DNA of 44,068 nucleotides from a virus (Duplodnaviria > Caudoviricetes), in the IMG/VR virus record IMGVR_UViG_3300033434_000396, positions 1 through 44,068 of that record. One strand, given 5' to 3'. Positions 27,367-36,443 of the stretch are shown here, piece after piece. Positions within the stretch are counted from its first letter, which is position 1. Every line of letters begins with the position of its first letter. Below the pieces are notes generated by a model that was not told the origin of the DNA, did not search any database, and saw only the letters and a program-made list of their open reading frames with translations. Both the position numbers and the translations under genes were made by a program.

Positions 27367-27633
27367 GGTTGCCGGGTTGCCTCTTACGCGCGTATATACG
27401 CTTTTACGCGTTATAGGGTATACGTGTATATATGTACTCTATATATTACATTTTTTATATTTATATAGATTTACTGGCAACCCTGGCAACCGTAAGTCTA
27501 TAAACCTTGCCATTATTGGGTTTTAGCCGGTTGCCGGTATGGTTGCCAGTAGCCCTTAACCGGCAACCCCGGCAACCCCTTCGCCCAATTTCCATTTTTT
27601 GCTACCGGCAACCGGCAACTCAAACCGGCAACC
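27367..27633. repeat. GGCAACC/GGTTGCC iteron-like cluster with AT-rich core; putative replication origin
   Basis: 11 copies in both orientations (27367, 27375, 27476, 27485, 27529, 27541, 27562, 27571, 27607, 27614, 27627) flanking an AT-rich tract at about 27425-27473. Confidence 0.75.
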
Positions 27634-30048
27634 CTAATTTTCTTTAATAAACCCTCTTTGGACACCATAAACTTTTCCGAATTTCATCTTTTTTTCAGCT
27701 TGTTTCCACCCCGGCATCCGGTACATAATATCTTTTATTTCTCGGGATTTTTGCATGTCGAAGTTTTTAGGATCCCCGTTAAAACACTCCACCCATATCT
27801 CCATCGCGCATACACGGCCTCTTTCGTTATCACCCTCTGGGGCTTCTCCAAAATCATCCCCATGTAAATATTGTCGCCGTTGGCTAATATCAATCTGACT
27901 CCAATTATCCGGTAGCCTACGCTCCAAAAATTCCTGCACTTGACCGAATTTATCCGACTCTTCCATATGCTCTTCCTGGGCTTCCTGGGCCATAGCCGCC
28001 AAACGCTCTTTCAAATACAGTGCTTCCCCCGCTTGCCAAACCACCACGGCTTCCGACCAAATCTGGTCAATTTCATATTCAGCTAAATCGGTAAATACGT
28101 TTTTGACTGGTGGCTGCACCATCGTTTTTACAGGCCAAAACCGTCGATTACCGGTGGCATCTCGGAGAAAATCAGCTCTGTTAGTGCTGCCGAAAAATAC
28201 GCATTGCCGGGGAAAATCTGAAACGTTACGGCCATAAGCAACGCGAAAGCTGTCTACCTGTTTAGATAAAAAGTGTTTTACCGCTTCAACTTCGGCCTTT
28301 CGCATAGCTGCCAATTCGCCCATTTCCAGTATCCATTTCCCCTGTAGCTGCTCATAGGCTTCCTTACCTTGCACCGTTGTCAATGAATCAGAAAACCATT
28401 CGCGCCCCAATTTTTTAAGTAAATAGCTTTTCCCCTGGCCTTGCTTGCCCACTAATACAAGCATATTATCGAATTTAATTCCTGGTATTTTCACGCGGGC
28501 AATAGCTGCAATAAACATTTTTCGGGTTACAGCCCTGACATATTCGTTGTCCTCCGCGCCCATATACTCTATAAGCAGCCGGTCAATTCGTTCCACCCCA
28601 TCCCACCACAGACTGTCGAGGTAATCTGTTACTGGATGGTAGTGGTTTTTAAATAACACTTCTCCTAGTGCATCAAGCACAATCCCTTTGCCGGTAATAC
28701 CATAAACCCGGCTGCAGTAGTTCCGCAGCCCTGCGTCATCACCATCTTGCCAGAAACGCCCCTGGGAGGCTTCGCGCCAGGGTAAATTATCCTTTACTAC
28801 AATACGGTGGGCAAAATCATCCATGGCCACCTTACCAGCAAGGTTTGGGTCGTGCTGCAGTATTAAGAGTACGTTCTCCGAAACGGATTGATATTTACCG
28901 CGCCGATCAGTCTTCATCCGTTTTAGCCAAGCTTTATCATCACTTGCGTCCTCTTCACTAAACTCAATTTGTGCATCTGCTAATCTCTCTTGGCCTAATG
29001 TTATTTTTACACTTGGGTCTTCTATCACGAAGTCCACCATGGCCAAATAAGATGGAAGTTTTATTGTTGGCGTACCTGTTACAGCGTCATTATCCAGTTC
29101 GCCGAACTTATGCAGCCGTACTAAGTCGAAGGCGTTAGCCAACTTCCCGCTGATCGGATCGGTGCCGTGATGGCTATAAGCAAATTTGTCTTCGTACAAC
29201 ACCAAACCGCCGCTACTCGTTCCCAGTGTATAGGTGTATCGTCCTTCCATCGCACACGGCTCATAAACATCGCTTAGAAATGCCTCGAGTACGTCCTGTA
29301 TGGTGTACGTCCGGCAGAAAGTTCCAACAATACCGGGCTTTTCTAATGGGTCGCCTTGCTTGTCCGCCAGCTTTTTACGGTTATTTTTCGTCCTCGAGCT
29401 TTCCGGCCAATACGACTGATCTTTCCAATCTTGGTACTCGGCTAGAATGTTATCAGGGTTTAACCATGGCCCGTCTTGTAGCTCAAAAACGAATTCACCA
29501 TCCGCTGACGTAGAAGGCCAGTACATTAGTCGGTGCGGCTGATACGTCGTATCGTCGAATAAATCCATCCCTATTCCGTCGGCAATCTTCCGGGCAATGG
29601 CTTGGTATTCATCTGGTGACACTGCCCGTTTCAGCGGTATGCAAAGCCGGACGCGTGGCTTTTCCGGCCTGTGCTTATGGGTTGAGTATATGCAGGCAGC
29701 GTAGTCGTTCAATAGAGTAACAGCGCCCCAGAAATCTTTGCCGGCAAAATCTGCGTCTAACGTTATCACTTGCCGCCAGGCGGCGGTTTGCACCGTCCGC
29801 CGCCCACCTTTTAATGTACCGCCTACAAAGCCGCCAACATCTTTGATTCGGTCCTGTTCCGTCTTAGGCATTGCGTCAAACTCAGCCAGTGTTTCCCGCG
29901 TTCTCGTCGTTTGACTCAACTTTTCGACGAGCTGCGACCACGACACGTTTTTGTTCTTCCATTCTTCCTCAAAGCGGCTCCGGCCAGTAGCAATCGTTAA
30001 TTCACCATCGTATTTAATTTTTATGATTGGTTCAACTTTAGGTTTCAT
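27634..30048 (-). CDS. Primase-helicase, virulence-associated protein E (VapE) family
   Basis: N-terminal primase-like LDAD/YSTHKH; GKQGQGKS Walker A; FLRDATGNRRFWP. Confidence 0.92.
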   Translation of the reverse strand: MKPKVEPIIKIKYDGELTIATGRSRFEEEWKNKNVSWSQLVEKLSQTTRTRETLAEFDAMPKTEQDRIKDVGGFVGGTLKGGRRTVQTAAWRQVITLDADFAGKDFWGAVTLLNDYAACIYSTHKHRPEKPRVRLCIPLKRAVSPDEYQAIARKIADGIGMDLFDDTTYQPHRLMYWPSTSADGEFVFELQDGPWLNPDNILAEYQDWKDQSYWPESSRTKNNRKKLADKQGDPLEKPGIVGTFCRTYTIQDVLEAFLSDVYEPCAMEGRYTYTLGTSSGGLVLYEDKFAYSHHGTDPISGKLANAFDLVRLHKFGELDNDAVTGTPTIKLPSYLAMVDFVIEDPSVKITLGQERLADAQIEFSEEDASDDKAWLKRMKTDRRGKYQSVSENVLLILQHDPNLAGKVAMDDFAHRIVVKDNLPWREASQGRFWQDGDDAGLRNYCSRVYGITGKGIVLDALGEVLFKNHYHPVTDYLDSLWWDGVERIDRLLIEYMGAEDNEYVRAVTRKMFIAAIARVKIPGIKFDNMLVLVGKQGQGKSYLLKKLGREWFSDSLTTVQGKEAYEQLQGKWILEMGELAAMRKAEVEAVKHFLSKQVDSFRVAYGRNVSDFPRQCVFFGSTNRADFLRDATGNRRFWPVKTMVQPPVKNVFTDLAEYEIDQIWSEAVVVWQAGEALYLKERLAAMAQEAQEEHMEESDKFGQVQEFLERRLPDNWSQIDISQRRQYLHGDDFGEAPEGDNERGRVCAMEIWVECFNGDPKNFDMQKSREIKDIMYRMPGWKQAEKKMKFGKVYGVQRGFIKEN

Positions 30049-30075
30049 TTAGACCCGCCCCTCTTGTCACCGGAT

Positions 30076-30399
30076 TCACGGTTTGGGTTCCTCGTAAAGC
30101 ACCCCGTTTTTAGCGTAATACCCACGAAATTTGTTTTTCTCTGTCATAATCTCAAAAGCTTTATCGACATCATAGCCATGCCGCCTGAAAACTTCGATAC
30201 CGGTAATACATGCTTGGTAAACATCCAACATCTCAATCAGCGCTGCAGATAAATTATTATCTGCAAGCTCGTCCAACATTTCGGTTGTTTCAGATCGTAT
30301 TTGTAACAGCTGGTTTTCAATAGTATTGTTGGCATAACGCCAGCAAGGCTGTATAATATTACGGCATGGCTCTGGTTCACACAAATTGCATTCGTTCAT
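30076..30399 (-). CDS. MazG-like nucleotide pyrophosphohydrolase-fold protein
   Basis: SETTEM...EMLDVYQA...KNKFRGYY acidic helix pattern. Confidence 0.55.
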   Translation of the reverse strand: MNECNLCEPEPCRNIIQPCWRYANNTIENQLLQIRSETTEMLDELADNNLSAALIEMLDVYQACITGIEVFRRHGYDVDKAFEIMTEKNKFRGYYAKNGVLYEEPKP

Positions 30400-30460
30400 G
30401 GTTAGACCTCCTTACCTGAATTTACATAATGTGTTAATATATAATAGAGGGAGTGATATA

Positions 30461-30679
30461 TTGCCATTAAATCTAAACACGAAAATTATGAGCCTAGTTG
30501 TCGATGAAATCGAAAGAACTATAACCCGCACTGGCAAGAGTTTCCGCGATATTAGCAATACTCTATCAAGTCTGCATCCTGAAATTTTGTTTACCCCCGA
30601 AGACTGGGAACAACTACCTCAAGACACCCAAGACGGCATCATCCATAGAATTAAAAAGACATTGGGGTCGTTAAGCTAA
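30461..30679 (+). CDS. Small counter-oriented hypothetical protein (moron)
   Basis: GAGGGAG RBS before TTG 30461; own terminator. Confidence 0.6.
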   Translation: MPLNLNTKIMSLVVDEIERTITRTGKSFRDISNTLSSLHPEILFTPEDWEQLPQDTQDGIIHRIKKTLGSLS

Positions 30680-30704
30680 TCACCGTTTAGGTGGTTATTT
30701 TTTT
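30678..30704 (+). terminator. Intrinsic terminator
   Basis: AATCACC-GTTTA-GGTGGTT-ATTTTTT. Confidence 0.7.
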
Positions 30705-30742
30705 CTCTTGGCAAGGGCAGCTTATTCAGCCGCCCCTTCTAC

Positions 30743-31240
30743 TTAACTTATATTTAATTTAAACGGACTAACTATAATCCGTGGCTCTACGTATACTGGT
30801 TTAACATCCTTGTCATTAGGGTCTTTTAGCATTATCCAAGTGCCCTCTGCTGATTGTGGAGAATATAGGCCATTGGGGTCAGCTTGCGGTAATACGTGCG
30901 AATTTGAACCACTCCGGTATTCTATTTGTTGTGGGTTAGTATATTGTGTAGCCGCCGGAATACCGTACCCTATTGTCTCGCCAAAGAATATCAGTTTCCC
31001 TGTATTTTCAGCCACTATATAGGTGTAAGTCGTCAGCCCTTCTTGATCTCTCATTTCGTAAATATCTTTGAGTAGTTTCTTTTCTCTAAAATTCTTGATC
31101 GCTGGCATTCCTGCCTGAGAAATACTTTCTTGTTGTATTTTTTCTTGCTGTTGTCTTTCTTTGTCTGAACTAGAATTGTCACATCCAGCAATAGACAAAG
31201 CCATAATCCCAATTGCCAACGCAATTAATATTTTTTTCAT
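30743..31240 (-). CDS. Lipoprotein of unknown function
   Basis: Signal peptide with IAGC lipobox; GYGIP..TQYTNP, PQADPNGLY. Confidence 0.85.
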   Translation of the reverse strand: MKKILIALAIGIMALSIAGCDNSSSDKERQQQEKIQQESISQAGMPAIKNFREKKLLKDIYEMRDQEGLTTYTYIVAENTGKLIFFGETIGYGIPAATQYTNPQQIEYRSGSNSHVLPQADPNGLYSPQSAEGTWIMLKDPNDKDVKPVYVEPRIIVSPFKLNIS

Positions 31241-31578
31241 TATCTTTCACCTCTCCGCAATTTTTGAATAAATTGTCTTAAATCAGTCGGCAAGTTATCC
31301 ATGTCATAGTCGGCGGCCCGATGTAATATAATTGCCGCCAGCGCATCTTTCTGGCTATCTGTAGCCTTAATGTACTCAAACTGCATATTTTGCAATTCTT
31401 GAATCATACCTTGGTTATAAGCCTTTGATTGTTCGAATGTTTCCCTACGCACCTGCTCCTGCGCAGGTGCGAATGTTTTATACAGGAAGAAGTCGTTTCC
31501 TTGAATCACCCATGTAATGCAACATATCACGAACAAAACCATAATGATGTTTAGAAAACCATAAAATAAGTCTTTCAT
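31240..31578 (-). CDS. N-terminally anchored membrane protein
   Basis: Start re-called at 31578 (GGAGGGG RBS); one TM then helical domain; stop/start overlap with lipoprotein gene. Confidence 0.75.
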   Translation of the reverse strand: MKDLFYGFLNIIMVLFVICCITWVIQGNDFFLYKTFAPAQEQVRRETFEQSKAYNQGMIQELQNMQFEYIKATDSQKDALAAIILHRAADYDMDNLPTDLRQFIQKLRRGER

Positions 31579-31580
31579 TT

Positions 31581-31703
31581 TTATCCCCTCCCCATTATCA
31601 CTGCCAGCACCCCGGCTCCGATCAGCACCAGCCAACCTACCGGAGTGCATAGCAGATTGTATAGTGTGTTAGTCAGTTTTTGTATTGTTGGCCGCCTCCT
31701 CAT
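31581..31703 (-). CDS. Putative 40-aa single-TM peptide (not in ORF track)
   Basis: ...LLCTPVGWLVLIGAGVLAVIMGRG; fills gap, stop adjacent to next start. Confidence 0.4.
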   Translation of the reverse strand: MRRRPTIQKLTNTLYNLLCTPVGWLVLIGAGVLAVIMGRG

Positions 31704-32205
31704 CAAATTTCTTTTTCAACCGCTCATATTCGGCCTTATCGTGTTCCTCTCTTTGCTTTTCCAACTGTTTGTGATATAAACGGCGTTCTTCAATTCTCGT
31801 GGCAATAAATTTATTTATATCCGCTTCCGTGCAAATATTATTTTTGATTAAATACTTTTTAGTTGTATTACTATTAAACACATGAGCTTCTACCATATGC
31901 GACTCGTAAATATCGGTTTCCATTCCCGAATATTCATCTGTACATGTTCTCCACGCCATAATGCCACCGTCAGTAGTAGTAAGTAATAGTGGGTCACAAA
32001 ATCTAGTCATTTCAATATGGGCTATTGTTTTTCCGATCAATCCTTCAGGTTTTTCAATTACATATAAATCTGGCATTATAACCACCGCCTTATAATCCAC
32101 ATTATTAACCCATCTGTTTTTATTTCTATATTGCCGCCAAACAACATAATCAGGATGGCGCTCCCTACAAAGACAATTCCAATTTCCAGTAAAACATACT
32201 CGCAT
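31669..32205 (-). CDS. Hypothetical protein (start may be 32076)
   Basis: ORF; C-terminal EYERLKKKF coiled coil. Confidence 0.6.
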   Translation of the reverse strand: MRVCFTGNWNCLCRERHPDYVVWRQYRNKNRWVNNVDYKAVVIMPDLYVIEKPEGLIGKTIAHIEMTRFCDPLLLTTTDGGIMAWRTCTDEYSGMETDIYESHMVEAHVFNSNTTKKYLIKNNICTEADINKFIATRIEERRLYHKQLEKQREEHDKAEYERLKKKFDEEAANNTKTD

Positions 32206-32215
32206 TTAGTCACCC

Positions 32216-32383
32216 TTACTCACCAGCCCTTCGCCACTTTCCCGTTAATTCATATCTTCTAGGTTGGGCCATCGGTTCTTCTAGCAAACACGAAGCCTCA
32301 ACTGGGGATATATCGTTTTCACGCAATAAACGCAATAACTTTGACTTCTTCGATTCGTAGGCAGGAATAAATTTAACTTTCAA
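32216..32383 (-). CDS. Hypothetical 55-aa protein MKVKFIPAYESKK... (not in ORF track)
   Basis: TTGA overlap with upstream stop; fills gap. Confidence 0.45.
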   Translation of the reverse strand: MKVKFIPAYESKKSKLLRLLRENDISPVEASCLLEEPMAQPRRYELTGKWRRAGE

Positions 32384-32802
32384 CCCTTACTCACCAGACT
32401 TTCCGCCATTTCCCAACTATCGCAAACATAATCTTTTGGCTTTATGCATGTTATATTTCCACAATTACCACAGCACCTTAACGCCTTATTCTCACGTTCC
32501 AACCGATCAATCTTGGCAAGCAGGTCGGCTCCGGCTGTATCTGATTGCAGGATGTCGGGTATTAAGTTTCGATAAACTGCTCTGTATTCGGCTAAATGTT
32601 CTTCCGTACCGTTATAGTTGTTAGGAATATTCAAAGGACAACGCGCTGCATGAAACGCCATTATAGATTGCGCTCTTCCCAACGCCCCACGTATCGCCGC
32701 GTTATCAGCCTGTGCCTTTTTCAGCTGGAATTTCATTTCAATATCTGCCGGGCATTCCGAATCATTATTTTCACATTGGCCACATAAACACTTAGCCATC
32801 AC
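32380..32802 (-). CDS. Cys-rich hypothetical protein
   Basis: CLCGQC and CCGNC motifs with coiled coils. Confidence 0.6.
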   Translation of the reverse strand: MMAKCLCGQCENNDSECPADIEMKFQLKKAQADNAAIRGALGRAQSIMAFHAARCPLNIPNNYNGTEEHLAEYRAVYRNLIPDILQSDTAGADLLAKIDRLERENKALRCCGNCGNITCIKPKDYVCDSWEMAESLVSKG

Positions 32803-32962
32803 TTACCGCCCCTTTCATCTGCTCTACGCATTTATCGCAAAATATAGGATTTATCGGCTTTGCCTGGCAAGCGCACATATAGCCATTACAGCAATATTTC
32901 GGCTCATAATCCCATTCAGTTTCCATTTCCTCATCACATCCAGCACAATACCACTTAGCCAT
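32792..32962 (-). CDS. Small Cys-rich hypothetical protein
   Basis: CAGC, CCNGYMCAC, CDKC. Confidence 0.6.
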   Translation of the reverse strand: MAKWYCAGCDEEMETEWDYEPKYCCNGYMCACQAKPINPIFCDKCVEQMKGAVSDG

Positions 32963-32964
32963 CG

Positions 32965-33135
32965 CTACCGCCCCTCGCTTTTGCACATAGCGTATTCTTT
33001 ACCGTTACGCTCGTCTTTCGCTATAACAATCAATTGACCGCTATATTCTTTGGCTCTCAACGATATTTCAGAGTTTAAGCAAATCTCGGTTATCAAATGC
33101 AAAGTAGCACTTATCTCGTCTTTTCTATCGCTCAT
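32965..33135 (-). CDS. Hypothetical 56-aa protein MSDRKDEIS... (not in ORF track)
   Basis: ATGA overlap with upstream gene; fills gap. Confidence 0.55.
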   Translation of the reverse strand: MSDRKDEISATLHLITEICLNSEISLRAKEYSGQLIVIAKDERNGKEYAMCKSEGR

Positions 33136-33290
33136 TTTTCATCCTCCGGCTCTGAATTTAAAGCCCACTTCCAGCATTTTAGACACCCATCATACGAACA
33201 ATCATCTCTATCTTTTAATCCCATATGGCTAGGGCAATCAGTATCAGTGATATATGCAACAACTTTTTCAATAGCCTTATCGTTATACAT
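33132..33290 (-). CDS. Small Cys-rich hypothetical protein
   Basis: CPS.MGL...C...CLKCW. Confidence 0.6.
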   Translation of the reverse strand: MYNDKAIEKVVAYITDTDCPSHMGLKDRDDCSYDGCLKCWKWALNSEPEDEK

Positions 33291-33371
33291 TACCCGCCCC
33301 CCTTTCACACACATAAAACCATTGACACAACTCCCCATCCGCTACACATGCTGCTTTGCAGTCTGTATCAA

Positions 33372-33569
33372 TCATGATGCTTGCCCCTTCTTCCTGCTGA
33401 ATTCTGCCTGAAGAAGATAATATTGCTCTGCACTAATTTCCTTAACTTCTTTTTCATTCCACTTCTGCCGAGAAGTAAATAACTCAACAAACAGTTCATA
33501 TGCCGGACACTCCGGTAAAATTTCAAAATACTTCACCGCTAACCCCTCCCCTATGTATAAACCCATCAT
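33372..33569 (-). CDS. Hypothetical protein
   Basis: ORF in operon direction; start uncertain. Confidence 0.45.
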   Translation of the reverse strand: MMGLYIGEGLAVKYFEILPECPAYELFVELFTSRQKWNEKEVKEISAEQYYLLQAEFSRKKGQAS

Positions 33570-33665
33570 TTACCGGGCATAATATTACTGAAGCATATAC
33601 TTATCTCCTACCCTTATTGAGCAAGGCCAATGGCTATGGCCTTGTTCTTTTTTGTTGCTGTCCCC

Positions 33666-33929
33666 TTAAAGCAAAAAATCAAATTCAGTATCTTCTGTCG
33701 GCATCTTTCGCCATTCGTTTATCAGTTCAACTCCTGGGCCATACGTTACTAGATATCCCACATAGCTTGGCTTATAGAATATTACCGGATCTAACTTACC
33801 TTTATAAAATCGAAACGTTTCAAGGTTGCATTCAAACAAATCACTGAATTCATAGCCTTTACTTGTCTCCATCCAAGTAGTGAATGCATCAACCTCACTG
33901 AGTTGCAGCATGTTCTGTACATCTGTCAT
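33666..33929 (-). CDS. Hypothetical protein
   Basis: ORF in operon direction. Confidence 0.55.
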   Translation of the reverse strand: MTDVQNMLQLSEVDAFTTWMETSKGYEFSDLFECNLETFRFYKGKLDPVIFYKPSYVGYLVTYGPGVELINEWRKMPTEDTEFDFLL

Positions 33930-33935
33930 ATCAAT

Positions 33936-34124
33936 TTACCCTTTCTGAAATAGCTCACAAGCAGGATTGTTCTTGGTCACCTTAACCGCTACCTTACTTG
34001 GCTCAACTACCCAATCCGGCGCAACAATCGGGCTTTCAGCCTGATAGCATACAGCAACTTTTACTTTGGAGCCCTTGTAAGTATCGGTATCAAAATGCAT
34101 GCATTCACCGCACTTTCTATCCAT
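33936..34124 (-). CDS. Small Cys-containing hypothetical protein
   Basis: KCGECMHF...AC..F; AAGGA RBS. Confidence 0.6.
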   Translation of the reverse strand: MDRKCGECMHFDTDTYKGSKVKVAVCYQAESPIVAPDWVVEPSKVAVKVTKNNPACELFQKG

Positions 34125-34126
34125 AG

Positions 34127-36091
34127 CTAATCATCCTTCTTATAATATCCGCACTCGAACCCATCTGCCCGAAGCGGTAAGCCTGGTGCCCAGGGAATGG
34201 TTTGTCCCATAATATCGCAAGCATTTTCTAACGAGCCCCATCCTTCGGGCGCTTCAATAATAACCTCGTCATGTACATGCATTACTGTTTTATATCCAGC
34301 ATAGTCCAACCGGATCATAGCGTCCCGTAAGCAATCTCGCGCTATTGCCTGCACAAGGTTTTCCACAAGTTTGCCACCGTAAGTATCTAAGCGCCTCCAC
34401 TGCTTGGTAGTTTGGTCCATCCCCTCATAACTAAGCGCTTCTCGGTCAAATTTACCTATCGCTAATCTTGGGCGTACATATGCCAATCGCCGCCCAGATG
34501 GCAGATGCGCGAACAACATACCACTTTCATATGAGAAATGGACGCCATGCCGTAAAGCAACCTTTGTTTTATCCTTAACCGCCTTTGTAGCAGCGTCTTC
34601 AGTATCGTGCCACAGCTTGGTAATGGCCGGATTAGCAGTACGCCAGGCGCTAACGATTCCGGGTAACTCTTCTTCTGTAAGCCCTTGCTTAAGTGCCCCC
34701 ATCTTCTCCATAGCCTTTGGTCCGCCCTGGTACCCAAGGGCCAATTCTGCAACCTTACCTTTTTGCCTAAGCGGCGAGTGCTTGTCAATTGACTCAATTG
34801 GCACTTTAAACATGGCCGCTGCCGAAGCTTCATAAATTTTGCCGTGAGTATTGAACACATCAAGTCGCCACTTTTCACCTGCCAACCAGGCAATTACCCT
34901 GGCCTCTATGGCACTAAAGTCGGCTACTATAAACCGATACCCCTCCTTAGGAACAAAAGCAGTCCGTATTAATTGCGATAAAACACTTTGCACGTTTCCG
35001 AATAGTAATTCAATTAATTCATAGTTACCTTCGTGAAGAAGCTGCCTGGCCAGATCCAAATCCGGTAAATGGTTTTGAGGTAGGTTCTGTACCTGGACTA
35101 ATCTTCCAGCCCATCTGCCGGTTCGGTTTGCCCCATAGAATTGCAGCAACCCCCGCACCCGGCCATCATTGCAAAGAGCGTTTTGCATAGCGGCATATTT
35201 TTTTACGCTGGTTTTGGATAGCTCTTGGCATAATTCCAGCACTCTTTTAACTGTCTCGCTATCCGTTTGCTTTAATAGCTCCGGCACTGTTTCTTTGGTC
35301 AAAGATTCCACTACCAGGCATTCTTCATCGAATAACCATTCTTTAAGTTGTACCCCGCTATTCGGATTATCCAAACCTGTAAGTTTTATAGCCTCCGCCA
35401 ATGTCCGGCCCTTGTGCTGCTCATCGCAGGTTATCGCGCGATTGACTAAAGCCGTATCCACTCGGACGCCTCGGTCATTGATTTGTTGATCGAGTAACCA
35501 CAACCGCCGTTCTTCCGGTACTGGCTGAAACCGTTCCAGTTTCTTTCTTATAGCTCGTTCCGCCTCAACGTCCTGGCGACAGTATTCTTTAAACTGTTCC
35601 CACTTGTCCGGCGCGTGTTCTGGCAAATTTCTGGTCCGGCCACCGTTCGTTTTAGTAGGTTTGCATGGAGTGCAAAAATATCTGATTAACGCTTTACCCG
35701 TCGCCAGCTTTTTTTTATCGCTGGCCAACCGCATCACATTCCCGACTTGCTCCAATGTGCCGGGTAATCCTAACGTAAGAGCCAGAACTGATGTACAAGC
35801 CCAACCGTCTGCGGGTAAAAATCCATTTGTCTTAAAATATTTTGATAAACATATCCGTTCGAATGCCGCATTGTAGGCCGTTTTTAGTATTTGGTCGTCA
35901 TGTATCGCTTTGATTACTTCCATAGGTAACTGTTCACCCTGTACTAGGTCAATAATTTGTACTGGATCGTCATTCCAGGCGTAGGCGAATAACAGTATTT
36001 CAAAATCGGAGTGGTTGGCATAAGCATAAGCGCCGACTTTTTTTATATCGAGCGGGGAATAGGTTTCTAGGTCAATCGCTAAGGTATCCAT
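34127..36091 (-). CDS. Phage DNA polymerase, family A, with 3'-5' exonuclease
   Basis: IDLET, AYNAAFE, RTGRWAG, DFSAIEAR, RQKGKVAELALGY, HVHDE. Confidence 0.96.
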   Translation of the reverse strand: MDTLAIDLETYSPLDIKKVGAYAYANHSDFEILLFAYAWNDDPVQIIDLVQGEQLPMEVIKAIHDDQILKTAYNAAFERICLSKYFKTNGFLPADGWACTSVLALTLGLPGTLEQVGNVMRLASDKKKLATGKALIRYFCTPCKPTKTNGGRTRNLPEHAPDKWEQFKEYCRQDVEAERAIRKKLERFQPVPEERRLWLLDQQINDRGVRVDTALVNRAITCDEQHKGRTLAEAIKLTGLDNPNSGVQLKEWLFDEECLVVESLTKETVPELLKQTDSETVKRVLELCQELSKTSVKKYAAMQNALCNDGRVRGLLQFYGANRTGRWAGRLVQVQNLPQNHLPDLDLARQLLHEGNYELIELLFGNVQSVLSQLIRTAFVPKEGYRFIVADFSAIEARVIAWLAGEKWRLDVFNTHGKIYEASAAAMFKVPIESIDKHSPLRQKGKVAELALGYQGGPKAMEKMGALKQGLTEEELPGIVSAWRTANPAITKLWHDTEDAATKAVKDKTKVALRHGVHFSYESGMLFAHLPSGRRLAYVRPRLAIGKFDREALSYEGMDQTTKQWRRLDTYGGKLVENLVQAIARDCLRDAMIRLDYAGYKTVMHVHDEVIIEAPEGWGSLENACDIMGQTIPWAPGLPLRADGFECGYYKKDD

Positions 36092-36093
36092 AA

Positions 36094-36393
36094 TTACAAC
36101 CAATCCAGCAAATCCGTTTGTTCAGCCTCTTTACGCTTTTTCTTATAACCAACCATATCTACCTTTTGAATAATCCACCCATTGACTGGTTCGCTATTTT
36201 CTTCTGGGTTTAATATTGACAGCACTCGACCAGCGCGCGGTTCTCGTTCCCTTATATCGCACACAACCAAATTACCCGGTACTAGATCGATATCCGAAAA
36301 GCAGTTATACAGTGATTCTTCTTTAATGTATTCCTCTTTGTACACAACGCCGGGAAAGGCTACGCGTACCACAACCATCGCTTTCACTCCCAT
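36094..36393 (-). CDS. Hypothetical protein
   Basis: ORF; L.PG.LVVC...WIIQKVD phage motif. Confidence 0.6.
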   Translation of the reverse strand: MGVKAMVVVRVAFPGVVYKEEYIKEESLYNCFSDIDLVPGNLVVCDIREREPRAGRVLSILNPEENSEPVNGWIIQKVDMVGYKKKRKEAEQTDLLDWL

Positions 36394-36401
36394 CCAGTAA
36401 A

Positions 36402-36428
36402 CAAAAGGGCGGTTTTTACGCCGCCCTA
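36402..36428 (-). terminator. Intrinsic terminator after SSB gene
   Basis: Minus strand AGGGCGG-CGTAAAAA-CCGCCCT-TTTG. Confidence 0.65.
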
Positions 36429-36443
36429 TGCAGTTCTTTTTTA

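Noticed and set aside
27367-27633. Repeat cluster as CRISPR array
   Set aside because: Repeats are 7 bp, in both orientations, irregularly spaced
27634-30048. VapE as a virulence factor
   Set aside because: The name is historical; motifs and context indicate a primase-helicase
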